DNA of 63,961 nucleotides, the filler included, from Octopus bimaculoides (taxonomy: Eukaryota): assembly GCF_001194135.2 (NCBI RefSeq). It is 7 parts of 7 records of this genome, joined end to end, with 100 filler letters (N's around TTAATTAATTAA, not from the genome) between each part and the next. Parts side by side here need not be neighbours in the genome. Positions count along the whole stretch, not along the records: positions 51,103 to 55,287 come from NC_068986.1; positions 55,388 to 60,816 come from NW_026329161.1; positions 60,917 to 62,156 come from NW_026305521.1; positions 62,257 to 63,961 come from NW_026436428.1; 3 more parts are not named here. One strand, 5' to 3'. The notes beneath the pieces are model-generated. The model searched no databases. It was not told the origin of the DNA and was given only the letters and a program-made list of their open reading frames with translations. This document shows, one piece after another, positions 51,110-63,961 of this stretch. The first letter of the stretch is position 1, and each line of letters starts with the position of its first letter. The position numbers and the translations under genes were made by a program.

Positions 51110-51490
51110 ATGGCACTCCGTCGCTTACGACGTCGAAGGTTCCAGTCGATCCGATCAACGGAACAGCCTGCTCGTGAAATTAACGTGCAAGTGGCTGAGC
51201 ACTCCACAGACACGTGTACCCTTAACGTAGTTCTCGGGGATGTTCAGCGTGACACAGTGTGACAAGGTTGGCCCTTTGAAATACAGGTACAACAGAAACA
51301 GGAAGAAAGAGTGAGAGAAAGTTGTGGTGGAAGAGTACAGCAGGGTTCGCCACCATCCCCTGCCGGAGACTCGTGGAGCTTTAAGTGTTTCCTCTCAATA
51401 AACACTCACAACGCCCGGTCTGGGAATCGAAACTGCGATCCTATGACTGCGAGTCCGCTGCCCTAACTACTGGGCCATAGCGCCTCCACA
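51110..51490 (+). mobile_element. SINE family C, near full length
   Basis: High identity to 25528-25905. Confidence 0.8.
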
Positions 51491-51589
51491 TACATATGCG
51501 TTTGCGTTTGCTTACATACATAGTAACATACATACATAGTAACATACATATATAGTAACATACATACATACTAACATACATGCATTCAT

Positions 51590-52200
51590 ACATACATATG
51601 TATGGAATACTGGTGCCATGTACAAGTGAAGACCTCAATAAAATGTAAGCACAACAGACCGGATATAATGATTTGGGGTGAGAAGAGAAGCTGTGCACAG
51701 TTTGGGAAATTAGCTGCCCAGCGGATGTTAACAAAGCTGAAGATCAGTGAAAAAGAGAGCACCAATGCTGAACTATTGAGAAATCTTTAATTATTAGGGC
51801 CTTGGGATATGTAACACACTGCCTAAATACCAATCTTGAGAAATTAGGCTTCTCAAAACCAGAACGAAGAAAGCTAATTCGAAGACTACAGATCAAATCC
51901 ATCACTGGAACTGTAAAAATCTGTAAAACTTTCCAGAAGTTTATCATTTAAATATATATATATATATATGGGTATGTCTAGATATGCAACTATATGCTTG
52001 AGAATACATACATAAAACATGCACATCTGCACATACATACATGCCTACGTACATGCATGCATACATACATACATACATACATACATACAAACAAAAATAC
52101 CCTGTTGTTGATGTTGAAATTCCAGTGAAAGAGCCTTGGATCTAGGTTAGAAACTGGCAAGAAATTTTGAAATAAACTGAATATACATACATACATACAT
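51590..52200 (+). mobile_element. R4/Dong-like LINE restriction-like endonuclease fragment plus 3' UTR
   Basis: EYWCHVQVKTSIKCKHNRPDIMIW (RPD motif). The 3' part is the reverse complement of 10690-11155. Confidence 0.75.
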
Positions 52201-54784
52201 ACATATACATACATACATACATACAAACATACATAAAATGCATACACTATTTTTTTCTGAAACCATGGTAGCTGTAAATATATTATTATTCTTCTCTGAT
52301 GAACTCTAATGAGCCCAAAACATGTTCTGAGTTATCAATCAGGCTGCCAGAAGTTAGACTCGCCCTCTATTTCTTAAATAAGTCTATTTTCATTGCTGGT
52401 CAATTGAAATTTCTTAAGTTTTTCCCTTGCTCCTTGTCATAATAATTTTCATGAATGTTAATAACGATTTCTATTGATTAAAAATTATTTTCGTCTCAGC
52501 ACGTTGTTTATGGTAGTCTGCACTTAACTATATGCTCGTATATTATGTTAACTGGTTGAAATGACAAATGGCTTCAGGTAGATTATATGTCTGCCTAGAT
52601 GTTTCACTCTGTTTGATCGTCAACTAATCTCTCTCTTTCTCTTTGTTATATATGCGTGTGTGTGTGTGTGTATGTGTGCGCACGCGCGCGCGTGTGTGCA
52701 TTTTGTATATATAGTTAGTTGTGGTGTTATATATGTATATAAAACCACAACTAACCATTCGCATCCGCAAATATATACCTTATAATCACACCGTTGATGA
52801 ATCATTTCACATGTATTTGCGCATGTGTGATTGGCGACGAAACTGTTGATGCGTGCGTTTCTTATTTTACCATTCATCAAATTTAAGTTGTAAATATTTA
52901 ACTATATATTAAAGTGTCTATAGGTATCTTGTGTTTATATATGTGGTTATGTGTGTGTATGTGTGTCCGTTCACATTTATGTGATTAAGTCAAGTCGCAA
53001 TTGACGAATTCTGAATACAGTGCAGACTCTAACTCATTATTTTGAACATGATGGACGAAAGTCTCGACAAATAATTTTCTTAGGGAAATATTATTCTTTT
53101 TTTATGTATAATAGTATAGTATAGTCCTAATGCCTGACTTCATCGAAACTGATCATATGTCTGTACCAGAATACATGTCCTCCAGAATGCAGGCATGGAC
53201 AAAGACTTTACAGGAAAACAGGTTTACTCATGAAGAAGTCTATTCTTTCTATGTCACCAATGTTGTTGATGAAAGAAGTAGGGTAGACACGGCTTCGTAC
53301 CAATGACGTCAGAGGCAAACTAATGACGTAATAATCAGTAACAAATCTTGCAAGATAATTTTATATTGTAACGCATTCTACACTAATGTTCTAACAGTTC
53401 TTTAGTTCAATTCTTTTCAACATTTCACAAATAGTTCAATGATTAAAGAACTTTACTTAATGACCCCTTCCGAATTATGCCGTGACCGTTGTTGTGGGTA
53501 GCAACGCTCAAGTTAAGAAGATCTGATATAAAGCATCTAAGTAATCTATTTTGAATGTAAATCCCACTTTTGTGGAGAAGTAAAGGCGGCATCTTGGAAA
53601 CTTATAAATGCAGTTAATAAGGTTAGTATGAACAGTCTAGTGTTTTCTTTTTTAATAAAACAGAAATATAGATGAAAGAAAAGAAAAAGTTCAACAAGAC
53701 TTCAGAGAATCTGTGAACATAGGATCTTTAATCTAAATGAGGTCGATTCGATTACGATAGACATTAATTATTGGTATCGAGGTATAAATATGATATAACA
53801 AATATGTTTGTATAGTTTTCTAACAGGTAACGATCAATCTTCAAGTAAAGGTAATAAGCATTGTTATTCTGTGACGTTATCTTACATATAATGAAGCGCA
53901 ATATGTCCCATTGGTGACGCTAGGTAAAGAAGAGTAAAACAACAAATGGAGTGTGCGTGGGTGACAGTCACAGATGCTAAAGGAGGCGAGCAGCATTCAA
54001 AGGTTTTGCTCTAAAAACGCTATTTTAAAAACTGCAAATTTATATCGTAAATTGTATTTACTTTATCAGTTTCACACACACGCACACACACACACACACA
54101 CGCACACACACACACACACGCACAAACACACACACAATATGTATGTGAATATATATATAACTAATTGCACAGATATATAAAGTGTATATATATATATATA
54201 TATACACTTTATATATTTGTGCACACACACACACGCACACACACATACATAATACATACATACATATANNNNNNNNNNNNNNNNNNNNNNNNNNNNNNNN
54301 NNNNNNNNNNNNNNNNNNNNNNNNNNNNNNNNNNNNNNNNNNNNNNNNNNNNNNNNTATATATATATATATATATGTATGTATACTGTATAAAACTAATT
54401 GTAAGATCTCAAGAAGAGATAAGAGTAGTAACTTTTCGAAGAAGCAAAGTGAGTCGCTACATCAAAGTGGCTGTTCCATGTTACTACTAGTTTAACCCCA
54501 GGCAGATTCTCCGCCAGCTGGTTATCGGTGCGAATCTTCATCTTTTATGTACAATATATATTATTAGCAACGAGTGCGGACCTCTAACACTCGAGCAGGT
54601 AACAGGATCGCGAGACTAAGTTGCAAGATACAAACTCTGTCGCGAGCACCTATCCGCCAGAGCGATAGCAGAGTTCGCTCCAGCCAGCAATATACCGTAA
54701 ACAAAGCAACACATATACATATATGAAATTCAATATTATACAATTTTATTTTCAAATATTCTCGTTCATATAATACATAAATGC

Positions 54785-55287
54785 TCCCCAAAACATGTGC
54801 CGAGGGTCATAAAATTTAAATATCCAGTCAACATCATGGTATTTGGAGTGTTTATTAGTGATGGCGACGTCATGCCTCCATTAATTTTCCTACACGGCCT
54901 CAAACCCAACATTGAGGTCTACATCAAGTGCCTGGAAGAGGTAGTACTGCTCTAGGTGAAAAGGGTGGCTGCTGGAAGACCCAATGCCTGTAACAGGACT
55001 CTGCACTCTGCCATACAAGCGAGAGAAACCAGTTATGGATGTCAGATAATTTCTGCAACCACATCACCCCTACCATATGGCCACCTAACTCTCCAGACTG
55101 CAACCCTCTTGATTATTATGTGTGGGGCGCAGTTGAGCGAGAGACCAACAAAACTCCTTGTACCATAAAAGATGAACTGAAGGCAAGGATTATGGTAGCA
55201 TTCACCAACTAAAAGAAGGAGACCGTCCAGAAGAGTTGCAGGAGATTCCGAAGTGGTTTCGAAACCTCGGTTGAAGCCAATGGCAAT
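54785..55287 (+). mobile_element. maT (DD37D) transposase catalytic fragment
   Basis: KYPVNIMVFGVFISDGDVMPP...QDSALCHT...WPPNSPDCNPLDYYVWG. I counted 37 residues between the second and third Asp. The frame is disrupted. Confidence 0.85.
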
Positions 55288-55387
55288 NNNNNNNNNNNNN
55301 NNNNNNNNNNNNNNNNNNNNNNNNNNNNNNNTTAATTAATTAANNNNNNNNNNNNNNNNNNNNNNNNNNNNNNNNNNNNNNNNNNNN
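55288..55387. other. Artificial scaffold linker N44-TTAATTAATTAA-N44
   Basis: Same construct. Confidence 0.95.
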
Positions 55388-55420
<33 letters not shown>

Positions 55421-55605
55421 ACGCTACATTTCTCCCAACCTTTCACTTTACAAATCTGCCTCTCACTCTAATTCATTCTCTCGCTCTCTATTCCTCTGAT
55501 TTTTCCATCCTTATCATGCTGGCTTTTTCACCCTCTGTCCCAAACGCTTGTGTTATACATACAAATATACATACTTAGGTACATATATCGAAACACACTC
55601 ATACT

Positions 55606-55672
<67 letters not shown>

Positions 55673-57267
55673 ATGCATATACATACGCATACACATACAC
55701 ATACACATATATGCCTTCATAGTTAATAATTATACTCACATATAGATACACAAAAAACAAAACATACGGACGTACTTGTGTAGTCGCGTACGTACACACG
55801 TAGATACTCCGACACGTACGAACGTGCATACAGGGCCTGTATACATAGAAAAATACAACATACAATAAACATACATTAATCCATCCATCCAGCCATCCAT
55901 CCATCTATACATACATGCATACAACATGTATACAACACATACATACACACTTACACATACATACATACATACATACATACATCCATACATACATATGTAC
56001 ACACGTACATACATACATACATACATATATACAAAGTTTCCCTTCCATAATATCTCTGTTATCAATATAACTGTAAACTCGTTTTCATATATACATTTGT
56101 CCTAATACAAGTACCAAATTCTCTTCATTCATTTCTCATNNNNNNNNNNNNNNNNNNNNNNNNNNNNNNNNNNNNNNNNNNNNNNNNNNNNNNNNNNNNN
56201 NNNNNNNNNNNNNNNNNNNNNNNNNNNNNNNNNNNNNNNNNNNNNNNNNNNNNNNNNNNNNNNNNNNNNNNNNNNNNNNNNNNNNNNNNNNNNNNNNNNN
56301 NNNNNNNNNNNNNNNNNNNNNNNNNNNNNNNNNNNNNNNNNNNNNNNNNNNNNNNNNNNNNNNNNNNNNNNNNNNNNNNNNNNNNNNNNNNNNNNNNNNN
56401 NNNNNNNNNNNNNNNNNNNNNNNNNNNNNNNNNNNNNNNNNNNNNNNNNNNNNNNNNNNNNNNNNNNNNNNNNNNNNNNNNNNNNNNNNNNNNNNNNNNN
56501 NNNNNNNNNNNNNNNNNNNNNNNNNNNNNNNNNNNNNNNNNNNNNNNNNNNNNNNNNNNNNNNNNNNNNNNNNNNNNNNNNNNNNNNNNNNNNNNNNNNN
56601 NNNNNNNNNNNNNNNNNNNNNNNNNNNNNNNNNNNNNNNNNNNNNNNNNNNNNNNNNNNNNNNNNNNNNNNNNNNNNNNNNNNNNNNNNNNNNNNNNNNN
56701 NNNNNNNNNNNNNNNNNNNNNNNNNNNNNNNNNNNNNNNNNNNNNNNNNNNNNNNNNNNNNNNNNNNNNNNNNNNNNNNNNNNNNNNNNNNNNNNNNNNN
56801 NNNNNNNNNNNNNNNNNNNNNNNNNNNNNNNNNNNNNNNNNNNNNNNNNNNNNNNNNNNNNNNNNNNNNNNNNNNNNNNNNNNNNNNNNNNNNNNNNNNN
56901 NNNNNNNNNNNNNNNNNNNNNNNNNNNNNNNNNNNNNNTATATACATATATATATATATATAAATACATGCCTAATACATACCCATACATACATAAATAC
57001 ATATACTTCTATTATTTTACTTGTTTCAGTCATTTGACTACAACCATGCTGGAGCAACGCCATAAAGGGCTTTGTAGTTGAAGTGATCGACTCCCAGAAC
57101 TTAATCTTTGTCAGCTTAGTACTTATTCTATCGGTGTGTTTGGCCGAACTGCTAGGTTACGGTGACGCAAACGCCCCAACATCAGTTATCAAGCAGTGAT
57201 GGAGCGACAAGAATATATACATAGCTGAAGAGACACAAAGACACATAAACATAGATATATATATATA

Positions 57268-57348
<81 letters not shown>

Positions 57349-57351
57349 ATA

Positions 57352-57520
57352 TACTACGGGCTTCTTTTAGTTTCCGTCTACCAAATCCTAGCACGTAGCT
57401 TTGGTTCACCTGAAACAATAGTAGAAGTTACCTGCCCAAGTTAACATGCAGTGGGACTGAACCCGGCTCGGAACAATGTGGTTGGGAAGCAAGCTTCTCA
57501 CCACACAGACACGCCAGGGC
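57352..57520 (-). mobile_element. SINE family A
   Basis: Reverse complement of the family consensus (TACGGGCTTCTTTTAGTTTCCGTCTACCAAATCC...GGTTGGGAAGCAAGCTTCTCACCAC). Confidence 0.75.
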
Positions 57521-58558
57521 CTATATGTATATNNNNNNNNNNNNNNNNNNNNNNNNNNNNNNNNNNNNNNNNNNNNNNNNNNNNNNNNNNNNNNNNNNNN
57601 NNNNNNNNNNNNNNNNNNNNNNNNNNNNNNNNNNNNNNNNNNNNNNNNNNNNNNNNNNNNNNNNNNNNNNNNNNNNNNNNNNNNNNNNNNNNNNNNNNNN
57701 NNNNNNNNNNNNNNNNNNNNNNNNNNNNNNNNNNNNNNNNNNNNNNNNNNNNNNNNNNNNNNNNNNNNNNNNNNNNNNNNNNNNNNNNNNNNNNNNNNNN
57801 NNNNNNNNNNNNNNNNNNNNNNNNNNNNNNNNNNNNNNNNNNNNNNNNNNNNNNNNNNNNNNNNNNNNNNNNNNNNNNNNNNNNNNNNNNNNNNNNNNNN
57901 NNNNNNNNNNNNNNNNNNNNNNNNNNNNNNNNNNNNNNNNNNNNNNNNNNNNNNNNNNNNNNNNNNNNNNNNNNNNNNNNNNNNNNNNNNNNNNNNNNNN
58001 NNNNNNNNNNNNNNNNNNNNNNNNNNNNNNNNNNNNNNNNNNNNNNNNNNNNNNNNNNNNNNNNNNNNNNNNNNNNNNNNNNNNNNNNNNNNNNNNNNNN
58101 NNNNNNNNNNNNNNNNNNNNNNNNNNNNNNNNNNNNNNNNNNNNNNNNNNNNNNNNNNNNNNNNNNNNNNNNNNNNNNNNNNNNNNNNNNNNNNNNNNNN
58201 NNNNNNNNNNNNNNNNNNNNNNNNNNNNNNNNNNNNNNNNNNNNNNNNNNNNNNNNNNNNNNNNNNNNNNNNNNNNNNNNNNNNNNNNNNNNNNNNNNNN
58301 NNNNNNNNNNNNNNNNNNNNNNNNNNNNNNNNNNNNNNNNNNNNNNNNNNNNNNNNNNNNNNNNNNNNNNNNNNNNNNNNNNNNNNNNNNNNNNNNNNNN
58401 NNNNNNNNNNNNNNNNNNNNNNNNNNNNNNNNNNNNNNNNNNNNNNNNNNNNNNNNNNNNNNNNNNNNNNNNNNNNNNNNNNNNNNNNNNNNNNNNNNNN
58501 NNNNNNNNNNNNNNNNNNNNNNNNATATATATATATTAATATAGGGAGAGAGAGAGAT

Positions 58559-58616
<58 letters not shown>

Positions 58617-60461
58617 CAGCATGCATACATGCGTACGCGATGCACACAGACACCTATATAAGATATATGTATATATGTATATACGTGTGTGTGTATATAT
58701 ATGTATCTATTTATATGTATATATATATAATCATCTCCATGCATACAAACATACATACACACATACATGTTACAATAACAAAATCTGCTATATATTTTAA
58801 TACATATGATTTTTGTATTGACACTGCATTTTCATCGTTTTTTTTTTGTTTTTTTTTAATATTATAACTAATATTTAAATTCGAACCCTACGGAACTTAT
58901 ACACTGGAGAAGTAGCCGTTCGTTTGGACGTGTACTAGAGACAATTGTATAGTCATAATAATTACTATCAAATCTACTAATTGCTAAACACCTGGTACAC
59001 TTTAACACTGAGAGCAGATTCGTTAAAGCCGCTACCAAAAGCTTTTCTTTTCTTAATCCATCCATTTCTTCCAGGATCCTCAACCATCGGACCACTGACC
59101 AATACTCAGTTGAGTATCATTTTGTACTGGGCCAAAAAGAGAAAAAGAAATTCTATGTTTACTGCTATTTCTTTTTCTTTTAAGATCGGAGTGTACGGGG
59201 TGTTTTTGATTTAAATGTATTACGTACGAGATAATTAAATTATATATTAACCACTTTATTGTGTTTTGTTATGATTATGATACTTCGGTCTGTGGAAAAT
59301 TTTTTGCGGTACACAATACGACGGGGACGGCTGTGGTACGTTATAGGATCAAACAGTGAAATTCATGTTACTGTTTCAACGCTTTTATGCGGATAAAATA
59401 ATGCATTGCTTGTAATTAATTTATTTGGGTTGATACTATCGATAGACATCGAACCCCTAAATTAAGGTATTCTGTACATGTGGGAAATTATTTGAGCCGC
59501 GACTAAATTCAATTTATTAGAATTATTAAGTTTCCTATAGAAATAATCATCACAAACATAAGCACACACACATACACACACACATGTATATACACATAAT
59601 ATGTATGTGTGTGTGTATATATATNNNNNNNNNNNNNNNNNNNNNNNNNNNNNNNNNNNNNNNNNNNNNNNNNNNNNNNNNNNNNNNNNNNNNNNNNNNN
59701 NNNNNNNNNNNNNNNNNNNNNNNNNNNNNNNNNNNNNNNNNNNNNNNNNNNNNNNNNNNNNNNNNNNNNNNNNNNNNNNNNNNNNNNNNNNNNNNNNNNN
59801 NNNNNNNNNNNNNNNNNNNNNNNNNNNNNNNNNNNNNNNNNNNNNNNNNNNNNNNNNNNNNNNNNNNNNNNNNNNNNNNNNNNNNNNNNNNNNNNNNNNN
59901 NNNNNNNNNNNNNNNNNNNNNNNNNNNNNNNNNNNNNNNNNNNNNNNNNNNNNNNNNNNNNNNNNNNNNNNNNNNNNNNNNNNNNNNNNNNNNNNNNNNN
60001 NNNNNNNNNNNNNNNNNNNNNNNNNNNNNNNNNNNNNNNNNNNNNNNNNNNNNNNNNNNNNNNNNNNNNNNNNNNNNNNNNNNNNNNNNNNNNNNNNNNN
60101 NNNNNNNNNNNNNNNNNNNNNNNNNNNNNNNNNNNNNNNNNNNNNNNNNNNNNNNNNNNNNNNNNNNNNNNNNNNNNNNNNNNNNNNNNNNNNNNNNNNN
60201 NNNNNNNNNNNNNNNNNNNNNNNNNNNNNNNNNNNNNNNNNNNNNNNNNNNNNNNNNNNNNNNNNNNNNNNNNNNNNNNNNNNNNNNNNNNNAACAAACG
60301 CACACACGCACGCACTTTATAAACATAGGCGCAAAACGTGCTACTAAAGAAAATGTTCAGAACGACTTTCTCTGTCATTTATGCATGAGTCTGTGCGTGT
60401 AAGTGTCTGTGTGTGTATCTTTACACACACACACACGCACAAACGGACTAATAAACAGAGT

Positions 60462-60498
<37 letters not shown>

Positions 60499-60816
60499 AT
60501 GATTGTGTATGAGTGCATGACTACGTGTATTTGATTTTGTATAATTTATATCAGTAGCAATAACCGTCAATCCATCAACGTGTGTTTATGTACATATATA
60601 TATATACATATACATATACACACATATATATGTGTGTGTATGTATGTTTATACATATATCTATATACATATATTTATCTATATATAGATCTGTATATATA
60701 TGAGTTATATATGTATATATATATACACATATGTTTATAGATAATATATATGTATATATAATATACATATGTATATATATATATATGTTTGTATATATAT
60801 ATATATATATGTATAT

Positions 60817-60916
60817 NNNNNNNNNNNNNNNNNNNNNNNNNNNNNNNNNNNNNNNNNNNNTTAATTAATTAANNNNNNNNNNNNNNNNNNNNNNNNNNNN
60901 NNNNNNNNNNNNNNNN
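60817..60916. other. Artificial scaffold linker N44-TTAATTAATTAA-N44
   Basis: Same construct. Confidence 0.95.
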
Positions 60917-60917
60917 G

Positions 60918-61505
60918 AAGATAGAAGCTGTATCTAGATGACTTTCCATTTTTTGTCATATTTACTTATTAAATATACGAGTTCTTTATAATTTCCACGA
61001 TCATTAGAACCTTCAGATTCAAAATGACCCCGAAACGATAATTCGTGGAGACCTAAAAAAATTAACAACATCGACCAATCGTTGCAGAATGGATGTTTCG
61101 TCTAACGTTCTCATTATGATGTTGTATGCTTTGATTTTTACAAGCATCAAATTGTAAGTCTATGCGAACATTCCCGAATATTTTAAGATCTATCAAAGAT
61201 TTTATATGCCTTTGAGAACGCTCATGCTTTAACATAGCCATATGTAAATTATTTAAATCATCATAGCCTTTATCATTTCAAACATTCTCTTCTAAGCAAA
61301 AAAGTAAACAAGGCCAACAGAATAATTTATTAAGTGTAGCACTTCCAGTTAACCATTTTTTCTTTTCATACAAATTAACCTGAAATTGTCTCGTGAATTT
61401 CTTGTTGTAGCTTCGCAAATTAGGTAAATTCGGTGTTGGTCTCCCACCGTTTATAATTAATTGTTTTCCATCGAAGTCTCTTTTCGAAAAACTATTTCTC
61501 AAAAT
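60918..61505 (-). mobile_element. hAT transposase N-terminal fragment (TTF-type zinc finger plus DUF4371-like region)
   Basis: FTRQFQVNLYEKKKWLTGS...KLFCWPCLLF...KHERSQRH, then after a frameshift LQRLVDVVNFLGLHELSFRGHFESEGSNDRGNYKEL. Confidence 0.8.
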
Positions 61506-62156
61506 ATCGTTTATAACTCACATTTCACTCATTTCGGAAAAAGTAACACACGTGTAAGCGTCTGCGTAAATTGTAAGTAAATTTCAACAAAACGGAAAAA
61601 TAACGTTAGTTAAATTAATTTAAAATTAATTAGCTACTTCTGAAATAAGAAATATAATATAGATAATATTTTTGTTTTCAGAACACTCCAAAAATATAAT
61701 AGTGCAAACAGATGTTTTGGATAAAAAATTCAAACTTACCGCCAGGCTTTTCCAAGAATTATGGCTAACTCAAGAACTGCTCTAGTTCCGGTCAAAAAGT
61801 GGAACCAGCTTCGCAACAATTCTACACTAACAAAGAGACAGAGAGGGGGTGTCATGCAATTTTCTCAAAGCATGACTTGCTACAATAAATTTGTCGAGTC
61901 ACTGACAGAGAGAGGAAGGGGGTAGAAAATATTTCAAATGTGCTATCGTCTTAGCATACCTTTTAACAGGTCACTAAGAGAGAGAGAGAGAGAGAGGAGG
62001 AAGGAAGGACAAACTAACAGAGACAGATAGGGAGTGTCTACATGCGGGTCTTCTCAAAGCATGACTTCTCAAAGCAAAAGTACTAGTCACTGAGAGAGGG
62101 GATGGAGAGACAGAATATTTCGAAAACAACTGGACGGATTTTCTTTGAAACAAAGT

Positions 62157-62256
62157 NNNNNNNNNNNNNNNNNNNNNNNNNNNNNNNNNNNNNNNNNNNN
62201 TTAATTAATTAANNNNNNNNNNNNNNNNNNNNNNNNNNNNNNNNNNNNNNNNNNNN
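62157..62256. other. Artificial scaffold linker N44-TTAATTAATTAA-N44
   Basis: Same construct. Confidence 0.95.
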
Positions 62257-62380
62257 GGTATAGGGGAGATAATCGAAATCTAGGAGGTGGTAGAATTTGA
62301 TTAATTAACCATGGTTTTGTTCTATATTTTTTCCCCCTTTTTTTCTCAGTGGGGGTGATGAATTTCCTTATTTAAATGTG

Positions 62381-62630
62381 TTAGCAATGGTTAAGTTTGG
62401 GTTTGTATTTTTGAATGAAAAAGGTTTCCTTATTTAATCTAATCTGTGTTGGTGTTTTAATGGCACATTGATAAAAAGGAAAGATTATAAATTGTGGTAG
62501 CATTTGTTTTGCGCATTTTTCAATATGATCACTAAAAGGTATCATTCGGTATTCTGGGTGTGCAATCCGCTGGCGGTGCAGAGTGCATCTACGTCTGAGC
62601 GATATACAATGTTTATATACCAAAAAGATT
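62381..62630 (-). mobile_element. Penelope-like element GIY-YIG endonuclease C-terminal fragment
   Basis: SLRRRCTLHRQRI...SDHIEKC...IFPFYQC...RLNKETFFIQKYKPKLN resembles the Penelope-like endonuclease ending R..KE..FI..(Y/F)KP.LN. Confidence 0.65.
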
Positions 62631-63701
62631 TTCTAACATTTTTCTAACATCTTTCTTACATTTTTCTGACATAATTTAAATATATACTTTAACCATGTAG
62701 TTTTTTCACTCTTATTATCTTTTATACATTCAACCACGTGCTTTCANNNNNNNNNNNNNNNNNNNNNNNNNNNNNNNNNNNNNNNNNNNNNNNNNNNNNN
62801 NNNNNNNNNNNNNNNNNNNNNNNNNNNNNNNNNNNNNNNNNNNNNNNNNNNNNNNNNNNNNNNNNNNNNNNNNNNNNNNNNNNNNNNNNNNNNNNNNNNN
62901 NNNNNNNNNNNNNNNNNNNNNNNNNNNNNNNNNNNNNNNNNNNNNNNNNNNNNNNNNNNNNNNNNNNNNNNNNNNNNNNNNNNNNNNNNNNNNNNNNNNN
63001 NNNNNNNNNNNNNNNNNNNNNNNNNNNNNNNNNNNNNNNNNNNNNNNNNNNNNNNNNNNNNNNNNNNNNNNNNNNNNNNNNNNNNNNNNNNNNNNNNNNN
63101 NNNNNNNNNNNNNNNNNNNNNNNNNNNNNNNNNNNNNNNNNNNNNNNNNNNNNNNNNNNNNNNNNNNNNNNNNNNNNNNNNNNNNNNNNNNNNNNNNNNN
63201 NNNNNNNNNNNNNNNNNNNNNNNNNNNNNNNNNNNNNNNNNNNNNNNNNNNNNNNNNNNNNNNNNNNNNNNNNNNNNNNNNNNNNNNNNNNNNNNNNNNN
63301 NNNNNNNNNNNNNNNNNNNNNATATATATATATATATATACATATTTAAAAATTTAAGGAATGGAGAAAACGCATGTTATAATTACATACTTTATTCCTA
63401 CATATGTTTCAAAGGATTACAACCTATGTGATCCATAGGGATCTGTGATATTAAAATTGTAACCTTCTCATCAGGGAAAGCATGGGAATCATCTTAAACG
63501 TAAGACATTATGACCGAGTATGAAAACAATAGATGGATAAGGTTATGACGTGATTCATTTGAAAAAAACCGTTAGAGAATTGGACGCTACCGGATAGTAG
63601 GTTGGACAACATATACATATAAATGTGTGAAAACATACATGCATACATAAATACATATACACATATACACACATACATACGTACATATATATACACATAT
63701 G

Positions 63702-63753
<52 letters not shown>

Positions 63754-63961
63754 TATACACGCATACGTCCACATTTACACATATGCACATACGTACCCAC
63801 GCATATACAAATATACACATATGTGTGCATGTCCCCATACCCACGCATATACATATATATATATATATACACACATGTACAAATAGAAATAGACACATAC
63901 ACATACACATTCATATACATCTACGCCTATAACCAAATAAACAGATACGCATATACATATA

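Noticed and set aside
52291-52331. CTGATGA-ACTC-TAAT-GAG-CCC-AAAA-CATG-TTC-TGAG, hammerhead-like
   Set aside because: The GAAA core is absent and stem I does not pair. At best it is a dead relic, so it was not counted.
59071-59214. Strong polypyrimidine-AG acceptor at about 59070 with a short ORF
   Set aside because: No recognisable protein motif, no good donor, and it lies on a different stitched scaffold.

Overview
This is an AT-rich, microsatellite-saturated eukaryotic scaffold with about 8 kb of Ns. The SINE and LINE families and the simple-repeat profile suggest an octopus or other coleoid cephalopod (inference). Almost every long ORF in the supplied track is a microsatellite or N artefact. 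Real host coding sequence, read from splice signals, consists of (i) nine + strand exons of an ANKDD1-like gene at 34183-50343 (six 99-nt and one 96-nt ankyrin exons plus two death-domain exons) and (ii) one orphan + strand exon of a receptor-type guanylate cyclase at 24757-24880. The rest is transposon debris: HERO-like, CR1, RTE and R4/Dong LINE fragments; Tc1, mariner, maT (DD37D) and hAT fragments; a Helitron end; Penelope-like ends; and three SINE families. Six artificial N44-TTAATTAATTAA-N44 linkers show that the window is a mosaic of joined scaffolds. The strongest signal outside the ORF track is a set of about seven type I hammerhead-ribozyme-like motifs: three with intact cores, two with an A6G core and two sharing a variant core. 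They include a tandem pair and one with a 93-nt structured stem II insert. There is also a 156-nt fold-back whose stem mismatches are G-U compatible on the + strand only. All structures were derived by eye, and no folding program or database search was run.
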